A stretch of 64,000 bases of DNA from Blastocatellia bacterium (GTDB lineage Bacteria > Acidobacteriota > Blastocatellia > RBC074): positions 4,210-68,209 of the forward strand of contig JANRKY010000047.1 in assembly GCA_033763135.1 (NCBI GenBank), given 5' to 3'. The translations under genes and the position numbers were made by a program. Within the stretch, counting starts at the first letter, position 1, and the number at the start of each line of letters is the position of its first letter. Shown one piece after another: positions 27,037-38,185 of the stretch. Under the pieces are notes generated by a model. It had not been told where the DNA came from. It was given only the letters and a program-made list of their open reading frames with translations, and searched no databases.

Positions 27037-27485
27037 CAACGACATATCGCAAGGCCGTCCCCGCGGATGCGCCGTTCATTCTCGACTTTCAGGTGGCGAT
27101 GGCGCGCGAGACGGAGGACCTGGAACTGGACCGGGAGGTCTGCGCCGCGGGCGTTCGCGCGGTCTTCGAGGATCCCGCGCGCGGAGAATATTTTGTGGGC
27201 GAGGCCGACGGGCGCGTCATCTGTTCGCTGCTCATCACGTACGAGTGGAGCGACTGGCGGAACGGCGTCGTCTGGTGGATTCAGAGCCTTTATGTCGTGC
27301 CGGAAGCGCGCGGCGGAGGCGTGTACAAGGGGCTGTATCAGCATATTCGGGAGGTTGTGGCCGGGGATGATCGCGTTCGCGGAATCCGCCTCTATGTCGA
27401 TCGGCGCAACACGGGCGCCCAGGCGGTCTATGTCCGGCTCGGCATGGACGGGGAGCATTATCAGGTCTTTGAATGGATGAAATGA
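27033..27485 (+). CDS. GNAT family N-acetyltransferase
   Basis: EWSDWRNG..WWIQSLYV.PEARGGGV and GIRLYVD..N..AQ.VY..LGM motifs; ATGA overlap with the upstream gene. Confidence 0.9.
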   Translation: MTTTYRKAVPADAPFILDFQVAMARETEDLELDREVCAAGVRAVFEDPARGEYFVGEADGRVICSLLITYEWSDWRNGVVWWIQSLYVVPEARGGGVYKGLYQHIREVVAGDDRVRGIRLYVDRRNTGAQAVYVRLGMDGEHYQVFEWMK

Positions 27486-27509
27486 GCCGGTGGAACCTGA
27501 GAGGGAACG

Positions 27510-28826
27510 ATGACGACATCCAGCGCGATTCTCGAGCGCACGTTCAAATTATCGGCAAACGGCACGACGATTCGGACGGAAGTTGCCGCGGGAGCGACGA
27601 CCTTTCTGACGATGGCCTATATCATCTTCGTCAATCCGACGATCTTGAGCGAGGCGGGGGTTCCGTTTACGGGGGCGCTGTTTGCGACGTGCATCGCGTC
27701 GGCGATCGGATCGATTCTGATGGGGTTGCTGGCGAACTATCCGTTTGCGCTGGCGCCCGGGATGGGGTTGAACGCGTACTTCACGTATTCGGTGGTCAAG
27801 GGGCTGGGGTATGACTGGCGGGTGGCGATGGGGGCGGTCTTCATTTCGGGGATTGCGTTTCTGATTCTGACGCTGGTGCGGGTGCGGGCGATGATCGTGG
27901 ACGCGATTCCGATGACGATGAAGACCGCGGTGGCGGCGGGGATCGGGCTGTTCATCGCGTTCATCGGTCTGAAGAATGCGGGGGTGATTGCGGCTTCGCC
28001 GGCGACCTTTGTGACGCTGGGGCATGTGGTTTCGAAGCCGGTGCTGCTTTCGCTGGGAGGCTTGTTGATCACGGCGGCGCTGATGGCGCGCGGGTACAGA
28101 AGCGCGATCATCATCGGGATTCTGGCGGTGACGGCGGCGGCGATCGGGCTGCGATTATCGGGGCTTCCCGATGGACTGGTGCGGATGCCGGATGTGGAGT
28201 CGACGTTCATGCAGCTCGATGTGCGGGGCGCGCTGCGGCTGGGCGTTCTGGATGTGATCTTCGTCTTTCTGTTCGTGGATCTGTTCGACACGATCGGTTC
28301 GCTGATGGGGCTCGGCCGGCAGGCGGGCTATCTGACGCCGGACGGGAAGATGCCGCGGGTCAATTTCGCGCTGCTGGCCGATGCGATTGCGACGATCGTC
28401 GGGGCGATTTTCGGGACGTCGACGGTGGTGACATATATCGAGAGCGCGACGGGCGTGAGCGAGGGCGGGCGCACGGGATTGACGTCGGTGGTGGTGGGCG
28501 GGCTGTTTCTGCTGGCGGCGTTCTTTTCGCCGCTGGCGGGGGCGATTCCGCCGATCGCCACGGCGCCTGCGCTGATCATTGTCGGGGCGTTGATGATCTC
28601 CGCCGTGAAATCGATCCCGTGGGACGACATGACCGAGTCGATTCCGGCCTTCATCACGATGCTGGCCATGCCATTGACCTTTTCGATCGCGAATGGGCTG
28701 GCGCTCGGATTCATTCTCTATCCGTTGTTGAAATTGTTGAGCGGGCGCCGGCGCGAAGTCAGCCCGCTGGTCTATGTGCTGGCGGCGCTCTTCATTTTCC
28801 GGTATGCCTATCTGGGGGCGGAGTGA
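27510..28826 (+). CDS. NCS2 family permease (AzgA/PbuG-like purine transporter)
   Basis: AGATTFLTMAYIIFVNP, APGMGLNAYF, DLFDTIG, YIESATGV.EGGRTG motifs. Confidence 0.93.
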   Translation: MTTSSAILERTFKLSANGTTIRTEVAAGATTFLTMAYIIFVNPTILSEAGVPFTGALFATCIASAIGSILMGLLANYPFALAPGMGLNAYFTYSVVKGLGYDWRVAMGAVFISGIAFLILTLVRVRAMIVDAIPMTMKTAVAAGIGLFIAFIGLKNAGVIAASPATFVTLGHVVSKPVLLSLGGLLITAALMARGYRSAIIIGILAVTAAAIGLRLSGLPDGLVRMPDVESTFMQLDVRGALRLGVLDVIFVFLFVDLFDTIGSLMGLGRQAGYLTPDGKMPRVNFALLADAIATIVGAIFGTSTVVTYIESATGVSEGGRTGLTSVVVGGLFLLAAFFSPLAGAIPPIATAPALIIVGALMISAVKSIPWDDMTESIPAFITMLAMPLTFSIANGLALGFILYPLLKLLSGRRREVSPLVYVLAALFIFRYAYLGAE

Positions 28827-30177
28827 GCCGACAGAGAAGGAGGCCGAGTCCGATCAGGCCCGCGGCCGGGAGCAGGCTCAGCATGCCGACGGCGAAGGAG
28901 ATTCGCAGGCCCGCGGCCACGGTGGAGTCCGCGACGGCGAACGTCTGCTGAAGTCCGAGAATCGCGGCGAAGGGCAGGGAGACGATCGTGAAGAGGATGA
29001 TCGCGATCATCGTCGCCTTGCGCGGAAAGCCCCGCTGCCGCAAATGCCCGAAGGTCATCCCGAGCGGCAGAATCGTCAGTGGGATGTGATAGGTCCACGA
29101 GACGGGGTTGAGCAGCAGGGTCAGATAGATCAGCAGGCCGAAGGCCTCGTCGCGTTCTTTGCGTCGAAAGGCTGCACGCAGGCCGATCGCGGCGGCGGCC
29201 AGACAGATCGCGATCGAGGCGGGGCGGGCCAGCGCCGGCAGCGACGCGAGCGCGGGCGCGGAAAAGCCGAAGGGCGCATGGCGCAGGCTTCCCTCGAACA
29301 GCCGCCAGCCCGTCGTCCACAGCGAATAGTTGTGGCCCGCCATCCGGTAATACCGGGTGACGTAGGCGCCGATGTGCAGATAGTAGTTCAGCAGCGGCGG
29401 CCAGCCGATCACGAGTCCGGCGAGCAGGTTTCCGCCGAGCGCCGTGAGGAGGGCCGTTGTCGCCGCGCGCCATTGCCGCCGCAGCAGCAGGAAGAGCAGA
29501 ATCGGCGCGCCGCTCAGCTTGATCGCCAGGGCCAGCCCCAGCGTGATGCCGCCGAGCCGCTCTCGTCCCGCTCTCAAAAAGAGCCAGACCGCCAGCAGAA
29601 GCAACAGCAGAAGCATCGTCCACTGCCCGTTCCCGAGTTCGTCCTTCACCGGTCCCCACGCGAAGAAGAGAAGCGTCGTCAGCAGCGCGCCCGGCATCGC
29701 CGCCCAGCCTTGTCGCCCCAGATAGAGTCGCCGAAAGAGGATCGCGCCGCCCAGGATCATCCCGATTTCGAGCAGGCACCAGGCGATCGCCGCTTTCGAG
29801 TACGAAAGCAGGGCCGCAAGCGGAACGACCAGCGAGATCGACAGCGGCGTATGCGACGAGGGATGATCCGGCGTGTCGATCGGCGATTCCGCCAGATGGC
29901 GCCGGGTCAGGGTCTGCGCGTCCGCATACGGGTCTTCTCCGGCAAGCACGGCTCGCGCGGAGATGTAGTCGTACGAGAAGTCCTTGTAGTAGGTGTATGG
30001 GGCCTGGAGGCTCTCTCCGATCAGCCGCAGGTTTGCGGCTGCAAGAAGCAGGCCGAAAAGGAGACCGATCCAGCGGAGGGAAGAACGACGCGGCGAGGGG
30101 GGGAGACGGCGAGGGGGCGACGCGGCGACGCGGCGACGCGGCGAAAACAGACTTGAAATGAAATCCATGATCCGCAC
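28792..30177 (-). CDS. GT87/DUF2029 family membrane glycosyltransferase
   Basis: KDFSYDY, DPY, GQW, AIKL, NYSL, PVSWTYH motifs; multi-TM. Start uncertain because the 5' end overlaps a repeat. Confidence 0.75.
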   Translation of the reverse strand: MRIMDFISSLFSPRRRVAASPPRRLPPSPRRSSLRWIGLLFGLLLAAANLRLIGESLQAPYTYYKDFSYDYISARAVLAGEDPYADAQTLTRRHLAESPIDTPDHPSSHTPLSISLVVPLAALLSYSKAAIAWCLLEIGMILGGAILFRRLYLGRQGWAAMPGALLTTLLFFAWGPVKDELGNGQWTMLLLLLLLAVWLFLRAGRERLGGITLGLALAIKLSGAPILLFLLLRRQWRAATTALLTALGGNLLAGLVIGWPPLLNYYLHIGAYVTRYYRMAGHNYSLWTTGWRLFEGSLRHAPFGFSAPALASLPALARPASIAICLAAAAIGLRAAFRRKERDEAFGLLIYLTLLLNPVSWTYHIPLTILPLGMTFGHLRQRGFPRKATMIAIILFTIVSLPFAAILGLQQTFAVADSTVAAGLRISFAVGMLSLLPAAGLIGLGLLLCRLTPPPDRHTGK

Positions 30178-30206
30178 ACTATCCTCGCCGTGTCGCCGTG
30201 TCGCGT
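30081..30206. repeat. GACGCGGC octamer tandem-repeat palindrome
   Basis: GACGCGGC-type runs followed by inverted TCGCCGTG runs; related copies at 40461-40575, 59715-59802 and 23517-23535. Confidence 0.75.
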
Positions 30207-30953
30207 TTATGTGACGCTGCCGCCGTCGACGGTGACGACTTCGCCGACCATATAGGTGTTTCGGTCGGAGACCATGAAGGCGGCGAACTCGGCCAGTTCA
30301 TCGGGGGTGCCGCGGCGTCCGCGGGCGGCCCAGAACTGGTGAAGTTCGAGCAGGCGATCGGGGAGGGCCTCGCCGAGGTCGGTATCGAAGATGCCGGCGG
30401 CGATGGCGTTGACGGTGATGCCGAAGGGGGCGGCTTCGCGCGAGAGGCATTTGGTGAAGCCGATGACGGCGGCCTTGGAGGTCGCATAGTGGACCGCGGT
30501 CGGCAGCGCGCGAATGGCGCCGATGCTGCTGATGTTCAGGATATGGCCGTCGCGCTGTCGGAGCATGTGCTTGAAGACCGGCTTGGTGACGTTGAACAGG
30601 CTGTGGACATTGGTGTCGATCACCTCGTGCCAGGCGTGTTCGGTCATGGTCGCGAAGTTGTGGCCGCGATTGATCGCCGCATTGTTGACGAGGATGTCGA
30701 TGCGGCCGAATTCATGGTGAATCTCCCGGACCATCTTGTTGATCGCGGGGCGATCCGTGACGGAGATCTTGTAGCCGAGCGCGCGCCGGCCATAGGAGCG
30801 GATCTTTTCCATCACCTCCTCGGCGAGATCGTCGCGGGAGTGATAATTGAAGGCGATGTCCGCCCCTTCGCGGGCGAAGACTTCACACATCGCACGTCCA
30901 ATGCCGCGCGATCCTCCGGTGATGATCGCTTTCTTTCCTTCGAGTAAACCCAT
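30207..30953 (-). CDS. SDR oxidoreductase, FabG-like
   Basis: TGGSRGIG, NNAA, YATSK, VDGG motifs. Confidence 0.9.
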   Translation of the reverse strand: MGLLEGKKAIITGGSRGIGRAMCEVFAREGADIAFNYHSRDDLAEEVMEKIRSYGRRALGYKISVTDRPAINKMVREIHHEFGRIDILVNNAAINRGHNFATMTEHAWHEVIDTNVHSLFNVTKPVFKHMLRQRDGHILNISSIGAIRALPTAVHYATSKAAVIGFTKCLSREAAPFGITVNAIAAGIFDTDLGEALPDRLLELHQFWAARGRRGTPDELAEFAAFMVSDRNTYMVGEVVTVDGGSVT

Positions 30954-31140
30954 AATTGCCAGTACTTGCTTGATCTGTTTGCCGTGACGAGGTCGATAGA
31001 GCGAATCGAGAGGGTAGTGCAAGAGCGCCGGCTTTGTCGAGAGGGCTTTTCGGCGGCCCGCTCGACCGGGATTCGGCCGGGGCTTCGCGGCGGAGGGAGG
31101 GGAAGAGCCCGTCCGACAAGCGGGACGGGCTCGTTCGCTT

Positions 31141-32355
31141 TCAACCCGCGATCGGAAATTCGGGCGATTTTGCCGGCCGGGGGTCGCCCGGGAGCTGTTC
31201 TTCCAGTTTTCGCATCAACTCATCGACGATTCGTTTGGTCGCGTCGGGGATGGCGATGCGGGAGGCCGCCAGGCGCATTGCCGCGTGTTCGGCCGGATTG
31301 TGGGCCAGCCGCCGGATGATCGGCACGATGTCGCCGGCCCGATCGAGCAGCACGCCCGCATTGTGGCGCGAGAGGAGCTTGCCGGTCTGCGATTCCTGTG
31401 GCATCGGCGGCGTCGTGATGTCGGCGATGATCGGCAGGCGCGAAGCCAGCGCCTCGAAGGTGGTCAGCCCGCCGAGCTTCGAGACCATCACATCGGCGGC
31501 GGACATCAGTCTCTCCATTCTGTTTGTATAGCCGATGACCCGGGTCGGAAAGGCGGCCCGGCCGGCCAGCGATTGAATTCGTTCCTGCAGCGTCTGGTTT
31601 CGGCCGGCCAGAAAGATGGCCTGCGTATTCGGAATCTGGGCGCTCTGCTCGACGAGGTGCTCGAAGATACGCGGAATATTTCCGCCGCCCACCCAGCCCG
31701 CGTTGATGAACATTGTGAACTTTTCGGGATCGAGCCCCAGCTCGGCGCGCGCCGCGAGTTTGTCGTCTTCGTGTTGAAACTGAAATTTGGGATGAATCGG
31801 GATTCCGCAGATCCGGATCTTGTCCGCGGGAATGCCGTAATCGATCAGCTGCCGCTGCGCGTCCTCGGTGGCGACCAGATAGAGGCTGACGTCCTCGCAG
31901 GCCCATCCGCGCCAGAATCCGTAACAGGGATCGGTCACGACCGTGACGAGCGGGATGCGGTCCTGCAGACCGAGGTCGCGAATCATCCGCGCCATGAAAT
32001 GCTGCGTCATCGGATGGACCGAGATGACCACCTGCGGGCAGTATTTCTCGAAGAGCTGGCGCAGATAACGCGACGTCATTCTGTACAGGAAGTGCGACTC
32101 ATTGGGGCGAAACCGCTCGATCGCCCAATAGTAGTACTTCATCATGTGCTGGTGATGGCGCAGCAGATGATTGTAGAAATCGGCCAGCTTCTGCGCGAGG
32201 ACATGGGATTCCTCGATTGCGCGCGCGATGTTGACCAGACAGCCCGGAGCGGCGAACCGCTTGAGTCCGTCCGCGATGGCGGCCGCCGCGCTGGTGTGGC
32301 CGCCGCCGGTTTCGGACGTGATGATCAGGAACTTTTTCGATGTATCGTCAGACAT
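31141..32355 (-). CDS. MGDG synthase / UgtP-like diacylglycerol glycosyltransferase (GT28)
   Basis: TGGGH, SVHP, VTVVTD, GIPI, SKLGGLTTFEAL, QE motifs. Confidence 0.85.
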   Translation of the reverse strand: MSDDTSKKFLIITSETGGGHTSAAAAIADGLKRFAAPGCLVNIARAIEESHVLAQKLADFYNHLLRHHQHMMKYYYWAIERFRPNESHFLYRMTSRYLRQLFEKYCPQVVISVHPMTQHFMARMIRDLGLQDRIPLVTVVTDPCYGFWRGWACEDVSLYLVATEDAQRQLIDYGIPADKIRICGIPIHPKFQFQHEDDKLAARAELGLDPEKFTMFINAGWVGGGNIPRIFEHLVEQSAQIPNTQAIFLAGRNQTLQERIQSLAGRAAFPTRVIGYTNRMERLMSAADVMVSKLGGLTTFEALASRLPIIADITTPPMPQESQTGKLLSRHNAGVLLDRAGDIVPIIRRLAHNPAEHAAMRLAASRIAIPDATKRIVDELMRKLEEQLPGDPRPAKSPEFPIAG

Positions 32356-32387
32356 GAGTCGGCGTCGTCAGCAGTTTGCCAGGGGAG

Positions 32388-33536
<1,149 letters not shown>

Positions 33537-33669
33537 ATAATCCTCTCGAAGAAACCTCTCGATGTGGAGGGTCGACGTGGAGAGTCGACATGGAGATATC
33601 GGATAATTTTATCAGGGAAATATCGATTCGCTATTTAGCGTTGTTTATCGCGTAAAGTCAAATCCCGCT

Positions 33670-34593
33670 ATGCTCAATCACCCGCTCGCGCGGCTCGACC
33701 GCGATGATGCTCTGCGGCAGCGGCTGCTGCCCCATTGTCGGCTTGCGCCCGGCGAGATCTGGCGCGATCGCCGCCGGGGCCATCGCGTCGGCTGTCTGGA
33801 TGCCGCGTCGCGCGAGGATGTCCGGAAACTGTGCGGAAAGGAGCGCGCGCGGCTGGCGATTCACGATCTGCCGTATAACTTCATCGCCTTCGATGAGCGG
33901 AGCACGGACGAGTATGTGGCCTGGTGCCGCCGCGTGGTCGAAGAGACGGCCGAGGTGCTCGCTTCCGACAGCGCCCTGTATCTGTGGGTGGGCGCGGATC
34001 AGCGCGCGGGGTTCGCGCCGCTGCCGGAGCTGATGATGATGATGCGCGGGACGCCGTTCGCTTCGCGGAGCTTTCTCACGGTGCGGAACCAGCGCGGATA
34101 CGGCACCCAGCGGAACTGGATGAGCGTTCGCCAGGAGCTGCTCTATTACACGAAGGGGAAGCCGGGCTTCATCCCCCAGTACACCGACATCCCCAAGGCC
34201 GTTCGAGGATATTACAAGGACGTCAGCGGCCGGCGGACCGAGAATACGGAACGGGGGCGGGGCGAGACGATCCGGGCGGGCAACGTCTGGATCGACATTC
34301 AGCAGGTCTTTTATCGCATGGAGGAGAACGTCAACGGATGTTATGCGCAGAAGCCCCTCAAGGCGATCTCCCGTCTGCTGGACGCCAGTTCCATGCCGGG
34401 CGACCTCGTGCTCGACTTTTTCGCCCACTCGGGGACGACCCTGCTGGCCGCGGAAATCGCCGGACGCACTTGCAAGACGATGGACATTGATCCGATATTC
34501 TGCGAGGTCACAATTCGCAGATTGGAACATTTCAGGCGGACGGGGCGAACCGGATGGCAGAACAGCAATCCGTTCGCGGACGAACTCGTGTAG
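33670..34593 (+). CDS. Site-specific DNA methyltransferase (N6/N4, beta-class order) with variant motifs
   Basis: HDLPYN (motif IV variant), QKP, LVLDFFAHSGTT (motif I variant), DIDP. Confidence 0.82.
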   Translation: MLNHPLARLDRDDALRQRLLPHCRLAPGEIWRDRRRGHRVGCLDAASREDVRKLCGKERARLAIHDLPYNFIAFDERSTDEYVAWCRRVVEETAEVLASDSALYLWVGADQRAGFAPLPELMMMMRGTPFASRSFLTVRNQRGYGTQRNWMSVRQELLYYTKGKPGFIPQYTDIPKAVRGYYKDVSGRRTENTERGRGETIRAGNVWIDIQQVFYRMEENVNGCYAQKPLKAISRLLDASSMPGDLVLDFFAHSGTTLLAAEIAGRTCKTMDIDPIFCEVTIRRLEHFRRTGRTGWQNSNPFADELV

Positions 34594-34609
34594 ACAGGAG
34601 AGCCCCTTT

Positions 34610-35257
34610 ATGACGGATGGATTCTGGAAAGTGGTCACGGTCGTATGTCTTGGCGCGTTGTTGTTCGTCATCTATTCGATCTCGACGGGAAAGAATTTTC
34701 TCGAAACGGTCATTCCCGGCGGCGGCGTGGTCGAGACGGCGGGCCTGACGATTCAAAAGCTCGAACGGGAGAGCCAGCTCGCGACGACCCGGGCCTATGT
34801 GCAGGCCGTCGTTCGTCAAAAGGATGAACAGGTCTACGGCAATGCCGAAGTCGTGCGAATCGTGCCCGCGACGATTCACTATGCGGTCAATCTGGCCGAG
34901 ATCGATCGCGCGAAGATGGAATATGACGAGATGACGCAAACGCTCTGGGTCCCGCTGCCGGACGTCCGGATTCTCTCGATCGATCCCGATCTGGAAAAGG
35001 CGGAGCTGATCAAGTCCCTCGACATTCTTCGAACGGAGTCGGGCATCGGCAATCAGCTCGAACAGGCGACGGAGAAGATGGTTCGGCCCACGCTGGAGCG
35101 GATGGGAAAGACGCCCGAGATCGTCAAGGTGGCCAAGGACCAGGCGGTCGCCTCGGTCCGGCAACTGCTCGAATCCTCGCTGGAGGCGACGGGCAAGCGG
35201 GTTCACGTCAAGCCGTATTTCAAGACGGAAGGGAAGAAGGGGCCGGCGGACGAGTAG
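34610..35257 (+). CDS. DUF4230-like membrane-anchored protein
   Basis: N-terminal TM; ATIHYAVNLAEID and VPLPDVRIL motifs; RBS AGGAG. Confidence 0.7.
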   Translation: MTDGFWKVVTVVCLGALLFVIYSISTGKNFLETVIPGGGVVETAGLTIQKLERESQLATTRAYVQAVVRQKDEQVYGNAEVVRIVPATIHYAVNLAEIDRAKMEYDEMTQTLWVPLPDVRILSIDPDLEKAELIKSLDILRTESGIGNQLEQATEKMVRPTLERMGKTPEIVKVAKDQAVASVRQLLESSLEATGKRVHVKPYFKTEGKKGPADE

Positions 35258-35387
35258 GCGTTCGCGCGGGCGGCGGGCCCATTTTCGGCTTGCCAAGCCC
35301 GTCGGCCTTGTTTATCTTGAAATTTGTCGCTCGACCGGCTCCGCCCATTCCCGATCTCCCGGTAGGTTTTTCGTTCGACGGTTTTTC

Positions 35388-36368
35388 ATGGATTTAAAAC
35401 AGACACCACCCGCCCGTCTCTTCGGCATCGGTCTTTCGGATCTTGCGTTGATCTCGCTGGCGCTCATGTGGGGAACCTCGCACGTCATCACGAAGAGAAT
35501 CCTCGCGACGCATTCGCCGGCCTTTTATACCTCGATGCGATTTGGGCTGGCCTCCGTCTGTTTCGCTCTGATGTTCTCGAAGCATCTGCGGCGGAGCGAG
35601 CCGGCCGAGGTGATTCGCGGGGCGCTTCTCGGGATCTGCAGTTTTGCGGGCATCGCGTTTTATGTGGCGGGCTTGAGCTTTACGCAGGCCTCGAAGGCGG
35701 GTTTCATCACGGGACTCTATCTGGTCTTCACGCCGGTGATCGCGTTTCTGCTTTTCAAGGCGCGTCCGTCGCGAAACCATCTGGTGGGGCTGGCGATCGC
35801 GGTCGGAGGATTTGTTCTGCTCAGTTTTCCGGTCCGGGGCGAGGCGATCAACTGGGGAGATCTGCTGGTGCTGCTGGCCGCCGTCGCCTGGGCGACCCAC
35901 ATCGCGGCGACCAGCGCGTTCGCGCGGGGGAGCGATGTTCGCACGCTCGCCGCCGTTCAGGTCATGACGGTTGCGCTGCTGGCCTATCTGGGCTTCTTTC
36001 TGCTGCGGGGGCTTGGTCTGGAGACGAGCGAAAACCTCATGGATTGGAAATTCGCCGCGCAGATCGGCTATATGGCCGTGATGGTGACCTTTGTCGCGGC
36101 CCTCGTGCAGACCTGGGCCCAGGGAAAGGTCTCTTCCACGCACGCCGCCATTCTCTATGCGCTCGAACCGGTGACGGCGGCGGTCTTCGCCTATCTGGCC
36201 CTCGGCGAGCGCCTGGGGCCGCGTCGCTGGATCGGCGCGGCGCTCATCGTCGCCGGCGTCCTCGCCTCGAAGATGGAGCTTGCCGCCCAGTTTCTCGGAA
36301 AACCCGGCCGATCCGGCGTGCCGAACGAGCCCGAAGGCGAGGAACGCCCTCTCAAGGTCAATTCCTGA
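35388..36368 (+). CDS. DMT/EamA family transporter
   Basis: WG, GFITGLYLVFTP, GDLL, ALEPV, LGE motifs; about 10 TM. Confidence 0.9.
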   Translation: MDLKQTPPARLFGIGLSDLALISLALMWGTSHVITKRILATHSPAFYTSMRFGLASVCFALMFSKHLRRSEPAEVIRGALLGICSFAGIAFYVAGLSFTQASKAGFITGLYLVFTPVIAFLLFKARPSRNHLVGLAIAVGGFVLLSFPVRGEAINWGDLLVLLAAVAWATHIAATSAFARGSDVRTLAAVQVMTVALLAYLGFFLLRGLGLETSENLMDWKFAAQIGYMAVMVTFVAALVQTWAQGKVSSTHAAILYALEPVTAAVFAYLALGERLGPRRWIGAALIVAGVLASKMELAAQFLGKPGRSGVPNEPEGEERPLKVNS

Positions 36369-36812
36369 TCCCTGCCGGGAAAAAATCTAATTTCATCTTT
36401 TGTCCCACAAAGTTGTCTGCGGCTGTACATATTTTCCGGATTTTGGGTATAATCCGCGCGCCGAACCCCCGAACGGCATCTCGCCGTGTACACACATCGC
36501 TAAGCTTAGAAGCGCGGATATGCATCAGTTGCCCCGGATCATCGCGATTCTTCACGCTTGTCTGGCGAGTCTCCATTGGGTACGCCAACCCCGATGTTTC
36601 TTGCTCCGACAGTTCCGGCGCCACGCGGCCCACGCCCCCGAGAGAAGTAGTATGCACGGGATCGTGCGGCCCCCCCGATGCGCAAAATCCGACCTTTTCC
36701 CCAAAGCGATTTGACAACTCTGTCCGAGGGACGCGTGTCTTCCGGATCTCAAGTTCGTGTCCGAGTTGACCGGCTCCGAAATCAAGAGCGAGAGCCAGCT
36801 TCGAGGTGTCGA

Positions 36813-37172
36813 TTGACGAAGGTATTAATCGTAGATGACGTAGAGGGTGTGCGGCGCATGCTGATCTACGCGCTGGAGGATGATTACAACGTGACCCAGG
36901 CTTCCAATGGCCTGGAGGCGGTAGCTCTTGCTGAAACGGAGCATCCCGACGTCATTGTCATGGATCTGGACATGCCCGTGATGGACGGGGTTGAGGCCAC
37001 GCGCCGGATCAAGGCCAATCCGCTGCTCTCCAGCATCAAGGTGCTGGCCGTCTCCGGGCAGAACAACAGCGAAAAGTCCCGTCTGATCAAGGACTCCTGC
37101 GATGCGTTCATCGAAAAGCCCTTCCAGGTCTCCGAACTCGTTGAGACCGTTCGTCGGTTGATCGTGAAATAG
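36813..37172 (+). CDS. Single-domain response regulator
   Basis: VLIVDD, MDLDMPVMDG, KPF motifs; TTG start after GAGG. Confidence 0.85.
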   Translation: MTKVLIVDDVEGVRRMLIYALEDDYNVTQASNGLEAVALAETEHPDVIVMDLDMPVMDGVEATRRIKANPLLSSIKVLAVSGQNNSEKSRLIKDSCDAFIEKPFQVSELVETVRRLIVK

Positions 37173-37176
37173 AAGT

Positions 37177-37252
37177 CGGGAAAGGAATCTCAAAAAGCGA
37201 AAGGGATGGAACTTCGGTTCCATCCCTTTCGCTTTTTGAGATTCCTTTCCCG
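37177..37252. repeat. Perfect 36-bp inverted repeat with C(TTCG)G loop between convergent genes
   Basis: CGGGAAAGGAATCTCAAAAAGCGAAAGGGATGGAAC-TTCG-exact reverse complement. Confidence 0.92.
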
Positions 37253-37255
37253 GGG

Positions 37256-38023
37256 TCATTTCAAGGCCGAGAGATCGGCGTCGAAGACCTTGGTCAGGCG
37301 GATGCCGCGTTTGTCTTCGTCGAAGAGGGCGGTGATGACGCTGCTCCAGGGTTTGAGTTCCCGGTTTTTGCCGCCGTTGAGGACGGCGAGGTTGGGTTCG
37401 GTCTGGACGTGGGTCTTGCCGACCTTCTCTTCGCGGATCTTCCATTCCGCCTGGAGGGCGCGCCGGAGGGTTTCGCCATAATAGGCGGTCAGCTCCTGGA
37501 AGAGGCGGGGATCGGTCTGGGCGGTCGTGTGGGTGCTATGGAATCCGGCGACGAGGCCATCGAGGCGGCGCAGGCTCTCCCGCGAATAGTCGAGCCGGCC
37601 GAGCCGTTTTTCGAGGCGGGCGACGAGTTGGGGGATGCTGGCCACGAAGCTGCGTCCGTCGGGGATCAGCTCTTCGAGCATATGGTGGGGGCGGGTGAGT
37701 TCGTGGAACGCGGCTTCGGACTCATAGAGAATCCCGTAGCCCGGCGCAGCTGCCCGGCCGGAGCGGCGGGCCGAGGCCGGAACGGAGATCGGGTAGAAGA
37801 GTTCGAGGACGCGGCCGTCGCCGAGAACGCTCCGGGTGAAGCGTCCCGGCTGGTTCGTTTCGTTTCCTTCGGTCTGGCCGCTGAGCAGTTTTTTTCCCTC
37901 GGCGAAGCTGATTCGGCGCGTGGCCGGCGGCTTTCCTTTTGGAGGCGGGCTTTGCGCGAGACCGGCGGACGAGGCCGAAAGAAGCAGCAGAATCCCGAGA
38001 AGGGCGCGCCCGATGCCCGGCAT
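37256..38023 (-). CDS. Hypothetical secreted protein
   Basis: Signal peptide; LDYSRESLRRLD and AYYGETLR (DUF3806/DUF6278-like motif). Confidence 0.7.
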   Translation of the reverse strand: MPGIGRALLGILLLLSASSAGLAQSPPPKGKPPATRRISFAEGKKLLSGQTEGNETNQPGRFTRSVLGDGRVLELFYPISVPASARRSGRAAAPGYGILYESEAAFHELTRPHHMLEELIPDGRSFVASIPQLVARLEKRLGRLDYSRESLRRLDGLVAGFHSTHTTAQTDPRLFQELTAYYGETLRRALQAEWKIREEKVGKTHVQTEPNLAVLNGGKNRELKPWSSVITALFDEDKRGIRLTKVFDADLSALK

Positions 38024-38147
38024 GCACGGATGTCGTCGATTGTGTGAATCCAAACAGATACCTCGCGAAATTGATTGAATCAGGATGGGGGCTGAGAGCG
38101 GCGCCGACAGGATCGGCGCCGGCATGAAATCGGCGTTCAACAGGAAC

Positions 38148-38180
38148 GGGGCAGGGCGACTGCGGAGGAGGCCCTGCCCC
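38148..38180 (-). terminator. Hairpin after the 38186-39061 gene
   Basis: GGGGCAGGGC...GCCCTGCCCC. Confidence 0.5.
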
Positions 38181-38185
38181 GATTC

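Noticed and set aside
28792-28826. 35-bp convergent overlap of the NCS2 and GT87 genes
   Set aside because: Short 3' overlaps are common in GC-rich genomes; no further signal.
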